A stretch of DNA of 64,000 nucleotides from Octopus sinensis (GCF_006345805.1 NC_043000.1:22878001-22942000); one strand, 5' to 3'. Shown: positions 51,390 through 64,000, numbered from the stretch's first letter. Made by a program: numbers and translations. Notes: a model not told the origin generated them from the letters alone.

Positions 51390-52591
51390 CTGAAATAATC
51401 AAAAATACTAAGTAAATAACAATCATATTATTAATATTACTAGCAAGAAGAGAGGATTATTTAACACTTTTTCATACCAACCCACCTAAGAAAGCCACTG
51501 GGGCTGGGATATAAATTTAGTTTTGAAGTGATCTAAAAACTTTCCATTGTAATTTTATGTTAATTTATGCACCAAATACCAACATAATGATAACTGTTGT
51601 TTTACTAAACTCTTCGTTATTGTTCAAAATTAATTGAAATAAAGGCAATATATTTCAATAGAAATATGGCAGAAAAGTGTTAATCTGCATTAAACAAGTT
51701 CAAAATGCCGATACTTTTATTCCTCACCTACAAATTAACTAATCCCAACTTATTTTAGCATCCCTTCATATTAACTACACCAATCTTTATCTGATCCTTA
51801 ACAGCAAGGTTAACCCTTTGGTATTATACTGGCTATATGCAGCCCAAATAGTGTTTTATGTCCAAACTATCCACATCCAGCCTCTCACACCTAGTCTATA
51901 CTGTCGTTCTAAAAAATAGTCACATCAAAATCTCAAAGCAACATCATCATCATCGTTTAACGTCCGCTTTCCATGCTAGCATGGGTTGGACGATTTGACT
52001 GAGGTCTGGCGAACCAGATAGCTGCACCAGGCTACAATCTTAATCTGGCAGAGTTTCTACAGCTGGATGCCCTTCCTAATGCCAACCACTCCAAGAGTGT
52101 AGTGGGTGCTAAGATGATGAATGATTAATTGAATAAATAAGCATTACATTTGTTAGAGTAATCTCAAGTTAAAGGGTTAATCAAAAGGCAGAAGTAATCA
52201 CCATCATTTAAATGTCCACTTTTCCATGGGTCATATTCACTACCAAATACCCTTCCTGTCATCAACCTCACTTGGTTCCAAACCAAGTGATATTTCCATG
52301 ACCAGACAGGTTTTCATGAAAGATTGGAAACGAATAACACTGCTTATATGACAGTGGCACCTGTTTACAACAGTGACACAATCTCAAAACGAGGACGCAC
52401 AAACACAACAGGTTTCCTTCCGTTTCCATCTACTCAACCCACTCACAAGGTTTCGGTCAACCTTGGACTACAGTACAAGACACCTGCCCAAGATGCCATG
52501 CAGTGGGACTAAAGCCAAAGATCACATGGTTGAGAAGAAAACTTCTTAAACACACAGACAGCACCCAGAAGTCATGAGAAAGATTAAATAT

Positions 52592-52935
52592 CTAATTACC
52601 CGTTGCTGGGTCATAGTGCTAGTGCATGCATGCGCACATACACGCGAGTACTGTCCAAATCTCCGACCAATCACAAACAGCTAGCTGGCATTCAATTGGC
52701 GTATCAAGTTTCAGGCATTTTGATTGAGTTTTGGATAGAAAATTCACAAAAACGTCACTTCTATTGATTTTTTAATGGCTTTGCAGGGTGACTGGGGAAA
52801 TGTAAAGATGTGCACGACCACCCTTGGACGGTTTTGAATGACCATAGAAAGTGCAAGCCCTCTAACTGAAAAATTGTGGATTTGTATAAAGGATACACAC
52901 ACACACACACATTTTGCCATTTATATATAGAGAGA
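52592..52935 (-). mobile_element. Possible non-autonomous Helitron
   Basis: 5' TCTCTCTATATATAAA; degenerate 3' hairpin ACCCAGCAACGGGT followed by TTAG. Confidence 0.45.
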
Positions 52936-52981
52936 TTCTCAGGACAAATATGTAATTAACTAGTCATTAGGTTTTAATTAA

Positions 52982-53200
52982 CCCTTTAGTATTTAAACCG
53001 GCCATATCCGGCCAAAATATTTAATCTGTTTTATGTTCAAACTGACCAGATCCAGGCTCTCACACTTACCCTACAATGTTATTCTACATTAGGTAATTAC
53101 ACCATCAAGATCTTGAAGATATGAGATAATGCATGATTAATTGAAATCAAAGTGAATCAATAAGTATTATGTTTGATAGAATAATCAGAACACTAAAGGG
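52982..53200. mobile_element. piggyBac-type MITE
   Basis: TTAA at 52978-52981 and 53201-53204; CCCTTTAG/CTAAAGGG termini. Confidence 0.78.
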
Positions 53201-53217
53201 TTAAAGATGCCACTTAC

Positions 53218-53503
53218 TTTGAACTTCATGATGAGTTGTGTCATTAGTGGAATGAAATCATGGAGTTCTTTGGCATCAGGCTGTTGCAGCAGATTTTCAA
53301 GAATAACAGGAATAAAAGGGAAAATTTCTTCCTCCAAACAAACCACCATTCGATGTAGGTATTGCCTTACACCAGACCGTATAAGTTGTCTCTGTACAGG
53401 ACATTTGAAACCTTGTAGAAAGATTTTCAAAGCTTCAGTGAAAGAATCCACACAACCACACTGTTTCATAGTTTGCTGGTTAGAAAAGCCTTTGCTTATT
53501 CGA
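53218..53503 (-). CDS. XPOT: Exportin-T exon, 286 nt, RISKGFSNQQTMKQCGC...RSGVRQYLHRMVVCLEEEIFPFIP...LIMKFK
   Basis: tttttcAG acceptor, GTaagt donor, phase 2-0; lies within ORF 53185..53562. Confidence 0.95.
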
Positions 53504-54247
53504 CTGAAAAATAAAAATAAAACAAGGTGAAAGTGAAGCAGTGACAAAGTTTCTTCCCCCATACACCTATATCCCTGAACACATCTTCATTGTTTTAACG
53601 GCTACTTTTTTTTTTAATGCTTGTATAGCTCAGACAAGACTTTGTTGGATCAGTGTTTTCATGGACAGATGCCCTTCCTTTTGCCACCCTTTCTCGTTTC
53701 CAAATGAGGCAATAATCTCCCAACCTATCAAACAACCAGCCCAGACATGCTTTTATATTGGGCTGTAAAGTAAATGACAGTCAGGAAGTCATTGTTTTAC
53801 AAACCAATGAAAACAAGAAAAATACAAATTCACACACATACAAGCTTCTTTCAGTTTCTACCAACCAAATCCATTCACAAGGCTATGGTTGGTCCAATGC
53901 TATAGTAGAAGACACTTGCCCATGGTTCCACAATTGAAACCAAAACCACATGGTTGTGAAATAAACTTTTTAACCACAAAACCAATAATTTTCAACAGTT
54001 TGACATGTATATGAAATGAACCCAATTATCATAAATTTAGTGTGTTGGAGTCTGTAAAATTTACAGGCACTGTCCGACTGAAGAATATGTGTGATGGAGG
54101 GGAATCCTGAAGTGGTGTAAACAGGCTTCTGGGCCTCATCAATAAAAACAGTCGATCTGTTAATAAATAAACCATTAAAGTCTCTAGTAATAAAAAGGTA
54201 ATTATCAAGACGAACTTAAAACAAGCCAACCGCAATATAATATTAAA

Positions 54248-54635
54248 GGTGGCGAGCTGGCAGAAACGTTAGCACGCCGGACGAAATGCGTAGCCGTATT
54301 TCATCTGCCGCTACATTCTGAGTTCAAATTCCACCGAGGTCGACTTTGCCTTTCATCCTTTCGGGGTCGATTAAGTACCAGTTACACACTGGGGTCGATA
54401 TAATCGACTTAATCTGTTTGTCTGTCCTCTCTTGTGTTTAGCCCCTTGTGGGTAGTAAAGAAACAGGTATTTCGTCTACCATTACATTCTGAGTTCAAAT
54501 TCCGCCAAGATCGATTCTCCCTTTCATCATTTCGGAGTCAATTAAATAAGTACAAGTTACTGGGGATTGATGTCATCAACTTAATCCCTTTGTTTCTCCT
54601 CTCTATGTTTAGCCCCTTGTGAGCAATAAAGAAAT
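54248..54635 (+). mobile_element. SINE family A, partial tandem dimer
   Basis: Same AAAGAAA(T/C)A|GGTATTTCGTCT junction as 18772-19185. Confidence 0.85.
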
Positions 54636-55895
54636 AAATATAACTTTAACTACGTAACCTACTATTTTACGTTTCACAAATCTTATCTGATCTTGATTTA
54701 GACCCCTAAATGACTTAACTGTATGGTATTTTATTTTTGACTACCTTCAGGTTGGTCCTAGGCTAAATACAAACCCAACTCATATAGTGTTCTTATAAGT
54801 ATCCATCACTTCCCTACTGTTTTCTAGCAAAATTGTTCAATAGTCAACACTGCAATGTACTTTATTTTTTGAAACGAGTAACAATAGTGGAAACACAGCA
54901 TTCATTAACAATGACACAGCCTGGAGATAACTTCGTTTGCTTAATTCATTGGTTAACTTTGAGGCATTTAAATATGGCTTCTATGACGAACTTCAGACAC
55001 AAATACAGATAACTTCCATTTCCATACTTATGTTCATTGTCGAATAGTTCATCATAGAACAGTTCTAATAGTCACCTAATTATAAGGTACTCTATGTCAT
55101 TCCTGATTAATTATTTGGGCTACTTAACACACCATGTTACTAGCTTTTGTTCTTTCCCTGTACAAGTTCATTGTTGTGTTGAATTCTGATTGTAGCATTG
55201 TTCTGTTTCACTTCTTAGACGTAACATGCTGCCTATGGCTGTGTGGTTTCCCAACCAAACGGTTCCAGGTTCAGTCCCACTGCATGGCACCATGGGCAAT
55301 TATTTTCCTCTATAGCCTCAGTTTGACCAACGTCTTGTGAATGGATTTGATAGATGGAAACTGAAAGAAGCCCATCGTATATGCATCCTTGTAACCTAGT
55401 GGTTCAGCAAAAGGGACCAACAGAATAAGCACCAGGGTCAATTCCTTAAACTAAAATTTCTTCAAGGCAGTGCCCCAGCATGGCCAGTCTGATGACTGAA
55501 ACAAGATAACATCTGTGCTATCTTACTCCTGCTATTATTCATTCATCATGTTAACTTACTAGATGAGATGTTATTCTCAAAGACAAAGAAATATTCTTGC
55601 AGTTTTAAATCACTTAACCATAAGAACCCCAGCGGCTGCAATTCTGGCCACCAGCCACAGATACAAATACCCCAGCAGCTGCTATTCCGGCCACCAGCTG
55701 CAGATACAGATACAAATACAAATACTCCAGTGGCTGCTGTCCCGGCCAGTATTTTCTGCATTGGAAAACTAGACAGTAACTGCTGGTTCGACTGGCACCA
55801 CAAGCGCCAGTATTCTCAAATATTCTAAACCAATAAAGTCAGAGATAGCTAATAAGTGACGTTTTGATTTTTTTTAATTATGTTCAATGCCTTAC

Positions 55896-56038
55896 CTAGC
55901 AAAACTGATGGCATTATTAATGCAACAAGCATAATTTTCTTGGTTTTCTTCATTCATTTCTGTGCAAAGTTTGCCCAGCATCGTCTCAAACTTTGACACT
56001 ATCGGAGCTAACAGCTTTTGTATTAGAATCCGCTTTCG
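55896..56038 (-). CDS. XPOT: Exportin-T exon, 143 nt, RKRILIQKLLAPIVSKFETMLGKLCTEMNEENQENYACCINNAISFA(S)
   Basis: tttttctAG acceptor, GTaagg donor, phase 0-2. Confidence 0.9.
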
Positions 56039-57114
56039 CTAGAAAAAGAAAAATAATTTATTAGATAATAATTTTTTTGTTTTGTTTTTTTTAAATAAAA
56101 TATAACCAGGTACAAAGGAAGGACAATGTATGATCTTTTTCTCATTAACCACTGTTTTGTTTCATTATTTAACATCTGTATCCCACAAGCTGGAAGAATC
56201 TGACAAACCAGAGGTCTGCAACCTGCTCTAATTGTCTGCTTTGACGGTTCCTATGCTCAGATGCCCTTCCAAACTCCAACCACTTTATCATCGCACCAGC
56301 ATGAGTGATGTCACCATGTAATTCCCCAGATTAAAGATGCTTCTCAATTGAATGAAAGCATAGAGGGAGGCAGACAGTTTTATGTTAGGAGTTGAGAGGT
56401 TAATGCATGAAAGAAGGGACAGAAATAGCTTGCTGCAGAAGATATAAATGGCTATTTCCATAATACAAGAGTAGTAAGAGGGAGTAATCTAGATGGAGCT
56501 GGAAAGAAATAAAAAAATCTCATTCATCATAATTTAACATCCATTTTCCATGCTGGAATGGTTTAGACAGTTTAACAGGAGCTGGTAAGTAGGAGAGCTG
56601 CACCAGGCTCCAATTGTCTCTTTTGGCATGGTTTCTATGGCTAGATGCCCTTCCTAATGCCAACCACTTTATATGCATTATATGCGACACCAGCAGAGGC
56701 TTTATATATGGCACTGTTGGTGTTCTATATTTAATCATTTCTCTGTTCACTTATTACAAACTGAATAAAATGGAAAGGTTACGACAACATGATAATACAG
56801 GGTGTTCAAAAAGTCTCTCCGCAGTAAGTATTTTATTGCAAAATATATAGTTATAAGATGGTATAAGACTACAACAGAGTATATAAGACTTTAAAAAACG
56901 TCATAAGAGGTGTTGAAAGTGTTGTCCATTTTCAATACATAAGTTGACTCTTCTAAACATGTTTTGAAATATATCTTGAAGAAGAACATTCACAGCAGAG
57001 GAACTTTTTGAACACCCTGTAGTTGACAAAACTTCGTTCTCTCATACATTTATCTTTTAAGATGGGGGTTCGAGATAAAAGGCAAAGAAAACAAAAAAAT
57101 ATAGGTGAATCTAC

Positions 57115-57283
57115 CTCTGGTGGGAAATTACTTGCAACAATGAGTATACCAACTGTTTCATAAATAAAGAGTTGGTCATCACAACTCAACAGTTGCTGAA
57201 TGCAGCCATTCTCTGGGGAATGCAACACAAGCATGTCGGTAATTTGCTTTAAAATGTGTTCCAAATAATCCTGCAGATGAGCT
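57115..57283 (-). CDS. XPOT: Exportin-T exon, 169 nt, AHLQDYLEHILKQITDMLVLHSPENGCIQQLLSCDDQLFIYETVGILIVASNFPPE
   Basis: Poly-T acceptor, GTagat donor, phase 2-0. Confidence 0.93.
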
Positions 57284-57423
57284 CTAAAAAAGAAAAAAAA
57301 AAAAAAAAAAAGAAACAATAGATGTAAAAATATATTTGGGGAAAAAAAAAAAGAAAAAGAAATCACTTCTGAAATTTATCAGGATTTTGTTTTCACAGAA
57401 ATTACTTTACTGAAACTATTTAA

Positions 57424-57630
57424 CCCTTTCGTTACCAACCCGGCTGAAACCAGCTCTAATGTCTTGTTTTCATAAGTTTTGAATTAAAATCTTCCACCAA
57501 ACCTAAGTCACAATTTATGTTACTAACACGAGCTGAATGATAACCAAGTTATTTTACTAAATTCTTTGTTATATTTAAAGTAATTCAAAGAAACACAGAG
57601 CATCTCAAAATAAATACGATAACAAAAGGC
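57424..57630. mobile_element. piggyBac-type MITE, second family
   Basis: TTAA-CCCTTTCGTTACC...AACAAAAGGC-TTAA. Confidence 0.7.
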
Positions 57631-57784
57631 TTAACATAATAATTTAGAAACTTCAAGTGATGTAAAATAATTAGTTTTTGATGACAAGAACTCAAAGAAG
57701 ATAAAGTTATAAATGATAGGGTGTAAATATAACTTTCGACAGACAAAGCCTTTCACTTTTTCTATCCAAAGAGGGCTTGTTTAA

Positions 57785-58004
57785 CCCTTTTGTTACCATA
57801 TTTATTTTGAGATGCTCTGTGTTTCTTTCCATTATTTTAAATATAACAAATAATTTAGTAAAATAACTTTGTTATCATTAAGCTAGTGTTAAGAACATAA
57901 ATTGTAACTAAGGTTTGGTGGAAGATTTTAATTCAAAACTTATAGAAACAAAACATTTGTACTACAAAACCAGAGCCGGTTTCAGCCGGTTGGTAACGAA
58001 AGGG
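57785..58004. mobile_element. piggyBac-type MITE, second family, inverted relative to 57424-57630 (truncated copy at about 49742-49931)
   Basis: TTAA-CCCTTTTGTTACC...GGTAACGAAAGGG-TTAA. Confidence 0.78.
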
Positions 58005-58318
58005 TTAACCCAGCCTAGCTTTATCTATTTCACATTCCAGTTCGATGAAGTTTGCAATGCTGCACACCACATCAACAAACAAGTGAGCTGAAAAAGTTAC
58101 TGGTAACAGATAGGTCCAATGTTTACAGATCCATTGACTATCTGATTCCAAGTTTCTCTATGTCCCTCAACTTTCAACTTCCAGCACTCTTTTTTCACTC
58201 AGCATATCTTTACTCACTCATTTACAAAACCAATGCATCAAAAGACTGCATCTATTCATGATTTTGCTTTCTTTTAAAGTATCTGAAATCCAGCTAATAC
58301 AAAATACCTTTTTTGCTA

Positions 58319-58561
58319 CCTTATTTACATTTAACAGATATTTGTCCTCATCTTGTTTTTTGCTAACGCAACATTTCGGCCGATATACCTTTATCAAGTG
58401 TCTTGGGGAAATTTCGAACCTGGGTTCTCATTCCTATGGTATTTTTCGATATTATTATTATTATTATTCAGGTCACTGCCTCGAATCAAACTCGGAATCT
58501 TGGGGTTAGTAGCCCACGCTCTTAACCACTACGCCATATGCCTACGGGCATAAGGCGTAGT
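58319..58561 (-). mobile_element. Family E element with a short 5' inverted duplication
   Basis: Head GGCATATGGCGTAGTGGTTAAGAGCGTGGGCTACTAACCCCAAGATTCCGAGTTTGATTC starts at 58542; inverted GGCATAAGGCGTAGT at 58547-58561; degraded hammerhead at about 58364-58402. Confidence 0.75.
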
Positions 58562-58619
58562 AATGAAATAACACATTCTTACTAAAATTAATACAAATTG
58601 TCTAAAATATGAAACTTAC

Positions 58620-58714
58620 TTTAAAACTTTTACAAAACGAGAAAATAGATAGGCTGCTCTGCTGCGGACTTGTGGTGATTTATTTCGAAGTCCTCGCTCA
58701 TCTAGAAAAGCCAT
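58620..58714 (-). CDS. XPOT: Exportin-T exon, 95 nt, MAFLDERGLRNKSPQVRSRAAYLFSRFVKVL(K)
   Basis: tttattcAG acceptor, GTaagt donor, phase 0-2. Confidence 0.93.
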
Positions 58715-59047
58715 CTGAATAAAGAGAGAAAAACAAATAAAGAACTAATCTTAAATCCAGTTAAAAAGTGACTGTTTTACAAATCCATTTCTAAATCAAG
58801 TAAAATCAGATCTAAAATACACTATAGACCTTATAACAAAGTTTACATTTCAATGTAAAAAAAAAAAATGCAGTCCCCCAAATATATTTAGAATTTTACT
58901 CTACCAGACCTCCATAGCTGTTTGATGGATATAAAAAAAAAAATCCTATTGTATTTTAAGATTAAATATTATTAAGAATTGTATCAAAATTGTTAAAATA
59001 TTTTGTATAGGGTAGAAGTAGAACCAATTTATTACACAATTTTTAAC

Positions 59048-59440
59048 AGGCATAGGAGTGGCTGCATGGTAAGTAGCTTGCTTACCAACCACATGGTTCC
59101 AGGTTCAGTCCCACTGCATGGCACCTTGGGCAAGTGTCTGCTACTATAGCCTCGCGCCAACCAAAGCCTTGTGAGTGGATTTGGTAGATGGAAACTGAAA
59201 GAAGCCCGTCGTCTCTCTCAACTTATGTGTGTGCATGTGTATATGTGTGTGTGTGTGTGTGTGTATGTATATGTTTGCTTGACAACCGATGCTGGTGTGT
59301 TTACTTAGTGGTTCGGCAAGAGAGACCGATAGAATAAGTACTAGGCTTACAAAGAATAAGTCCTGGGGTCGATTTGTTCGACTAAAGGCAGCGCTCCAGC
59401 ATGGCCACAATCAAATGACAAACAAATAAAAGAGTATAAA
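59048..59440 (+). mobile_element. SINE family B
   Basis: Full head, body and tail. Confidence 0.85.
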
Positions 59441-59689
59441 ACTGAAGTAAATCTTAGGTGGATCCCCAAGGGTCACATGGGACCCCAAGCTGAGAACCAC
59501 TGATTTACAGTAAACGCTTTAAATGAATATAAAGTTATACATTTCAAATGTGACTTTAAATCATCATCATCATCATCGTTTAATGTCCGCTTTCCACGCT
59601 GGCATGGGTTGGACAGTTTGAATTTACAAATGAATTAGTTTTGCAAGATTACAAAAGATATTTTTTACATAATTTAAAACATTACAAAC

Positions 59690-59809
59690 CAAAACATCTG
59701 GAATATATTCTGGTTCTGTATTAAAAAACTTTTCATAGCGCACCACTGTCTCCAGAACCTGAAGTTGAACACAGCTGTGTTTATGACAGCTAACACCTGA
59801 AGACACGAG
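59690..59809 (-). CDS. XPOT: Exportin-T exon, 120 nt, LVSSGVSCHKHSCVQLQVLETVVRYEKFFNTEPEYIPDVL
   Basis: ccattttcAG acceptor, GTttgt donor, phase 0-0; ETVVRYEKFF motif. Confidence 0.93.
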
Positions 59810-60449
59810 CTGAAAATGGATAAGATAAAAAAAAGAAAAAACATTTTGAGCACAAATTTTAAACAAAACGGGAAAAAAAAACAATAAAAGAAAAGGCATT
59901 CGATTTTAAATTGCTGACTAGAGCTAAAACTGAGGAGAATAAAAGAAAGAAACACTGCTGCCTAAATATAAAACATCATTATGATGAAAAATAATTTATG
60001 GTCCAAACACTAGCTTAATGAAGGATAATTAATATGAAATTTTGATGGAAGGCTTGCTTTTTATGACTGACCATTTTGTTACCATATTTCTGTTGAAATA
60101 AATTGGATTTCTTTCAATTCCTTTTAAAAATAATGGAGAATTTGCTAATATAACAGTAATTATTGAGCTGGTATTTGGAATGCAAATTAACATTAAATTT
60201 TGACAATAAGTTTTAACGCTGAGGAATTTCAATCACAGATTTAGGAGTGGTCACATGTAGGTTGGCATCAAAAACGTTAATTGCAAGAAATAAGTTTAAT
60301 ACATTTATCCAGGTAATTAAACCATTTCAAAACTTCTATTTTTGTCTTTTTCCTCTGTATGTACCAAATCCATCAAGACTGCCCAGGACACAAACTACCA
60401 ATCTGTAAAAATTCTCTTTAAGCTAACTATGAAATATCAGTTCATTCTA

Positions 60450-61060
60450 ATCATCATCATCGCTGTCATCATTTAACATCCGCTTTCCATGCTGACATGG
60501 GTTGGATGGTTTGACTGAGGACTAGCAAGACAGGAGGCTGCACCAGGCTCCAATCTGATCTGGCAAGGTTTCTACAGTTGGATGCCCTTCCTAACACCAA
60601 CCACTCCAAGTGTGTAGTAGGTGCCACCAGCATGAGGGCCAGTCAGGCAGCACTGGCATCAACCACACTTGGATGGTGCTTTTTACATGTAACCAGCACA
60701 GGAGCCAGTCAGGCGGTACTGACATCTGCCACAACTAGGATTTCACTTGACTCAACAGGTCTTCTCAAGCACAGCATATTGCCCAACAATTGAAGGGTAC
60801 TTTTAAACAGGCCAGTTATGCAACACTGGCATCAGCTACGATCTTACTTGGTTGGCTGGGTTTTCTCAAGCACAGTAGATCTCCAAAGGTCTCGGGTCAC
60901 TTGTCATTGCCTTTGTGAGGTCCAACGTTCAATGGTCGTGCTTCACCTCCTCATCCCAGGTCTTCCTGGGTCCTCTTCCACAGGTTCCCTCCGCTGTTAG
61001 GGTGTGACACTTCTTCACACAGCTGCCCTCATCCACATGCAACTCATGACTACACCAGCT
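60450..61060 (-). mobile_element. RTE-clade LINE 3' portion (family D) reaching into the ORF C-terminus; 20 or more shorter copies between 37.7 and 64 kb
   Basis: CVKKCHTL...EGTCGRGPRKTWDEEVK...DRDLWR (RTE C-terminal pattern, one frameshift), then a 3' UTR with ~50-bp tandem units and a (GAT)n end. Confidence 0.8.
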
Positions 61061-61534
61061 TCTTACGTCCATCTTTTCTCTCAGGTCACTTACATTCTAA
61101 TATCAAAAACTTTTGGATATTTTATATTGGATCCCATTATAATCTTGATTGATGTGAAAATTAGACGGAATCAGCAGACTATTGTTCTTCAAAATATAGT
61201 TTCTGGGATTCTAAATTGTCTTCCAAATATAAAGTTCATTTCTACCAACAAAGAAAAGAAAGTTTCAGGTATTTTACCAAATTCTACCATGATCTTGCTT
61301 GACTTTAAATGGATGTCATGAGCAGTCTACAATAACCAGAAATAATGGAAAATACAAATTATATCCTTACTGCAGAAATTCCAAAATAATTAAGCTGCAG
61401 GTTCTTGATGTGACTAATCAAGACAACATGGGGAAATTTCTTCACAGAGTGAAACTCCTTTAATCTACAGTGAAAAGGGGTTAGCAGTAAACAAATAGAT
61501 TGTATAACGAGGATATTGAAAAATAAACACTTAC

Positions 61535-61600
61535 CAATCGCATCATTTCTTGCAAAGGGGAAGGCTTCTCCTTGCAACTAGTAAAACTTTGATTGGAAGA
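61535..61600 (-). CDS. XPOT: Exportin-T exon, 66 nt, SSNQSFTSCKEKPSPLQEMMRL
   Basis: ctattttAG acceptor, GTaagt donor, phase 0-0; LQEMMR matches exportin-T LQDMMR. Confidence 0.88.
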
Positions 61601-62650
61601 CTAAAATAGATAAAAAAAAAAAAGTTTTTTTTTTACAGATTCAAATTATCAAATAAAAGTACTTATATATCACTGACTGCTCCTATATGCACACATGAAT
61701 GCAATACAAATGGACAGCTTTTGCACAAAACACTTCAAGAAATACAAAATGCAGGCTAGCAAACTACATTTAGGCCTAACGACTGTTTTATGTGATTGAC
61801 ATCTCAAGAGTTTCTGAACATTTCTCTCTTCTACATCAACCAGTGTACTTTCTTGAATATTTACTTCACAATTCTCTCATTAAATACAGGTAAATCTATT
61901 TTTCACAGATGAGGTCTAATAAGGAGGGAACCTATCCTCAATTGTCCCCTGTACTTGCTCAAATTAAAATATTGGTCAAGAATTAACTTAGCATTTTCTC
62001 TTTGACTTTCTGATGTTTGGCTTATGTTACAGCTACAAAAGTACTTAAGCTGGTGTGGCCCAACTCCTAATCACACAGACACATGTGGAATTGAACTCAA
62101 AATTACAAGGCCAATCAAGTCACTTGTCAGTTTTACATTGCTACAACTGCTTAAGGTAGTGAGCTTTATCTGTTTACAGTTAAATCAATTGGGCTGTTGA
62201 GAGCTAAGTCTCTTAGCCATGACAGCTCCTCAAAGCCCATACAAAATACAAACCACGATTGTAAGGTATCTTATTAACTCGTTTCCAGTGGTTCCAGCAA
62301 CATTCATATACACTGGTCAAAAATCCAGCCTCTATGTGGTTGCTTGACTTTCAAGAAAAAGCAACTAAAATCTCCAAATCAAACTTTATCATCTTAGAAA
62401 TATTGAACAATATAGTCAGTCCTAAGATATAAACTGGCTACAAAAAGCCATGCGCCTTCACTGAAGGGTTAAGAGTAAAATAATACAAAATTAAAACTTA
62501 AAATGAAAGGGCTGAACTATGTCATGCCATACAGGAAGTAGATTAATATAATTATATTTTTAAATATATGTTGCTAAACATTATCAAAAGTAATAAAACA
62601 GAAAAGAGATTAATTTTAGAATATCAAAACCAAAGAAATGGTTAACTTAC

Positions 62651-62779
62651 AGGAAGGGCCTCTCCAAGCATATACATTAACATAATTGGCATCTCAACAT
62701 CCCAAAACTCCAAAGTTTTCCACTGAGAGACCATATTTGACAAAACTGAATGCACAGTCATTAAAACCATATTTGAATC
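62651..62779 (-). CDS. XPOT: Exportin-T exon, 129 nt, DSNMVLMTVHSVLSNMVSQWKTLEFWDVEMPIMLMYMLGEALP
   Basis: tttaatttcAG acceptor, GTaagt donor, phase 0-0. Confidence 0.9.
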
Positions 62780-63747
62780 CTGAAATTAAAGAATATGCAT
62801 AAATTATATATTCGTTTGTTTTTACATCTGTTTTTCCATGCTGGATTGGATTGGACGAAATATATTGAGGCATTGCTTTACAAGATACTTTATCTGTTTC
62901 TTGAAAGTGCAGAGCCACAAGATTGCAAATAGGCAGAGGAAATAAAAACATCACTGCTTACACAAGTGCAAGTTTTGTAGAAGTACAAATGTAAACACCT
63001 CTGGTGCCGATGGGACATAAAAAAGCACCATCCAAACATGGCCGATACCAGTACCCTCTGACTGACTCCCGTGCCGGTGGCACATAAAAAGCACTATCTG
63101 AACGTGATCAATGCCAGGTTGCCTGACTGGCCCTGCCAGTGGCACGCAAAAAGTATCCACTACACTCCTGGAGTGGTTACCAGATTAGATTGGAGCCTGG
63201 TGTAGCTGCTCCAGACCACAGTCAAACCATCCAGCCCATGCCAGCATGGAAAATGGATGTTAAGCAATGATGATGACATACAGACTATTGCCACATAAAA
63301 AGCATCCAATACTCTCTGTAAAGTGGTTGGCATTAAAAGAGCATCCAGCTAAAGAAACCATGCCCAAAATAAATAAATATAGCCTGGTATAGCTATCAGG
63401 CTGTCCAGAACCTGTCAAACCATCTAACCCTTGCCAGTATGGAAAATGGATATTAAATGATGATGAGGATGATTGACAGCAGTCTACTTTCAGTTTCCAT
63501 CGACCAAATTCAGTCACAAGGGTTTGGTCAGCCTGGGGCTAAAGAAGACATTTGCCCAAGATTCCAAGTGGGACTGAACCCAAATCCATGGAGTTGGGAA
63601 GCAGACTTCTTAGCTACACCACAATGCTTGTGCCCATATACACAGGCTTTCCCTCGGATACACATCTGTGGCTTAGAGGGGAAACTTGCAAGCATGGGAA
63701 ACTGTTAGTCTTACTAAAGAAAAGGATAAATTCTTGCCCAGGCTTGC

Positions 63748-63786
<39 letters not shown>

Positions 63787-64000
63787 CAGATATGACAATA
63801 AAGGCCATATATCTTCAGGAAAAACAATTTATAAGTATGCATGCATTGTGTGTATATGTATGTGCATGCTTGTTTGCATGTGTGCATGCATTTACATCTG
63901 TCATCTTCAAATGAAACCATTTGAACAAATATAATATTAAGTTGACTGTCCACCTGACTGGCTCCTATGCTGGTGGCATGTAAAAAACATTGATTCCTTT

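Larger units (their letters stand above)
41046..64000 (-). other. XPOT: Exportin-T gene, 3' portion (15 coding exons; 5' exons lie outside the window)
   Basis: The spliced translation is colinear with my recollection of the metazoan exportin-T C-terminal half (LYMLxEALP, ETVVRYEKFF, MAFLDxRGLR, DDQLFIYET, RSGVRxxLHRMxxCLEEE, FDLxDAQT). All introns are GT-AG and exon phases join in frame. Confidence 0.95.

Overview
AT-rich, repeat-dense animal genomic DNA. The SINE families, microsatellite load and intron-rich gene are most consistent with an octopus (coleoid cephalopod) genome; this is an inference, not a database result. One protein-coding gene is supportable: the 3' part of exportin-T (XPOT) on the minus strand. 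I traced 15 coding exons (62779 down to 41046, all GT-AG, phases compatible, 1632 nt = 543 aa + stop); its 5' exons lie beyond 64000. Positions 1 to about 38 kb look intergenic and consist of tRNA-derived SINEs, microsatellites and decayed transposons (Helitron, mariner, Tc1, pogo/hAT/piggyBac MITEs, Tx1-, RTE- and CR1-group LINEs, and a Penelope-type GIY-YIG remnant). The most interesting signal is a set of non-coding elements with hammerhead-ribozyme cores and palindromic stem III, several arranged as head-to-head inverted duplications. These include a tRNA-headed element with a hammerhead tail, a candidate SINE mobilised by Penelope-like elements. Two other SINE families share 3' tails with LINE fragments in the same window (Tx1 clade and CR1 group), and one Tx1 element sits inside a (GATA)n array. 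Most six-frame ORFs are microsatellite artefacts. All alignments and folds were done by eye; family names, ribozyme activity and novelty need computational or experimental confirmation.
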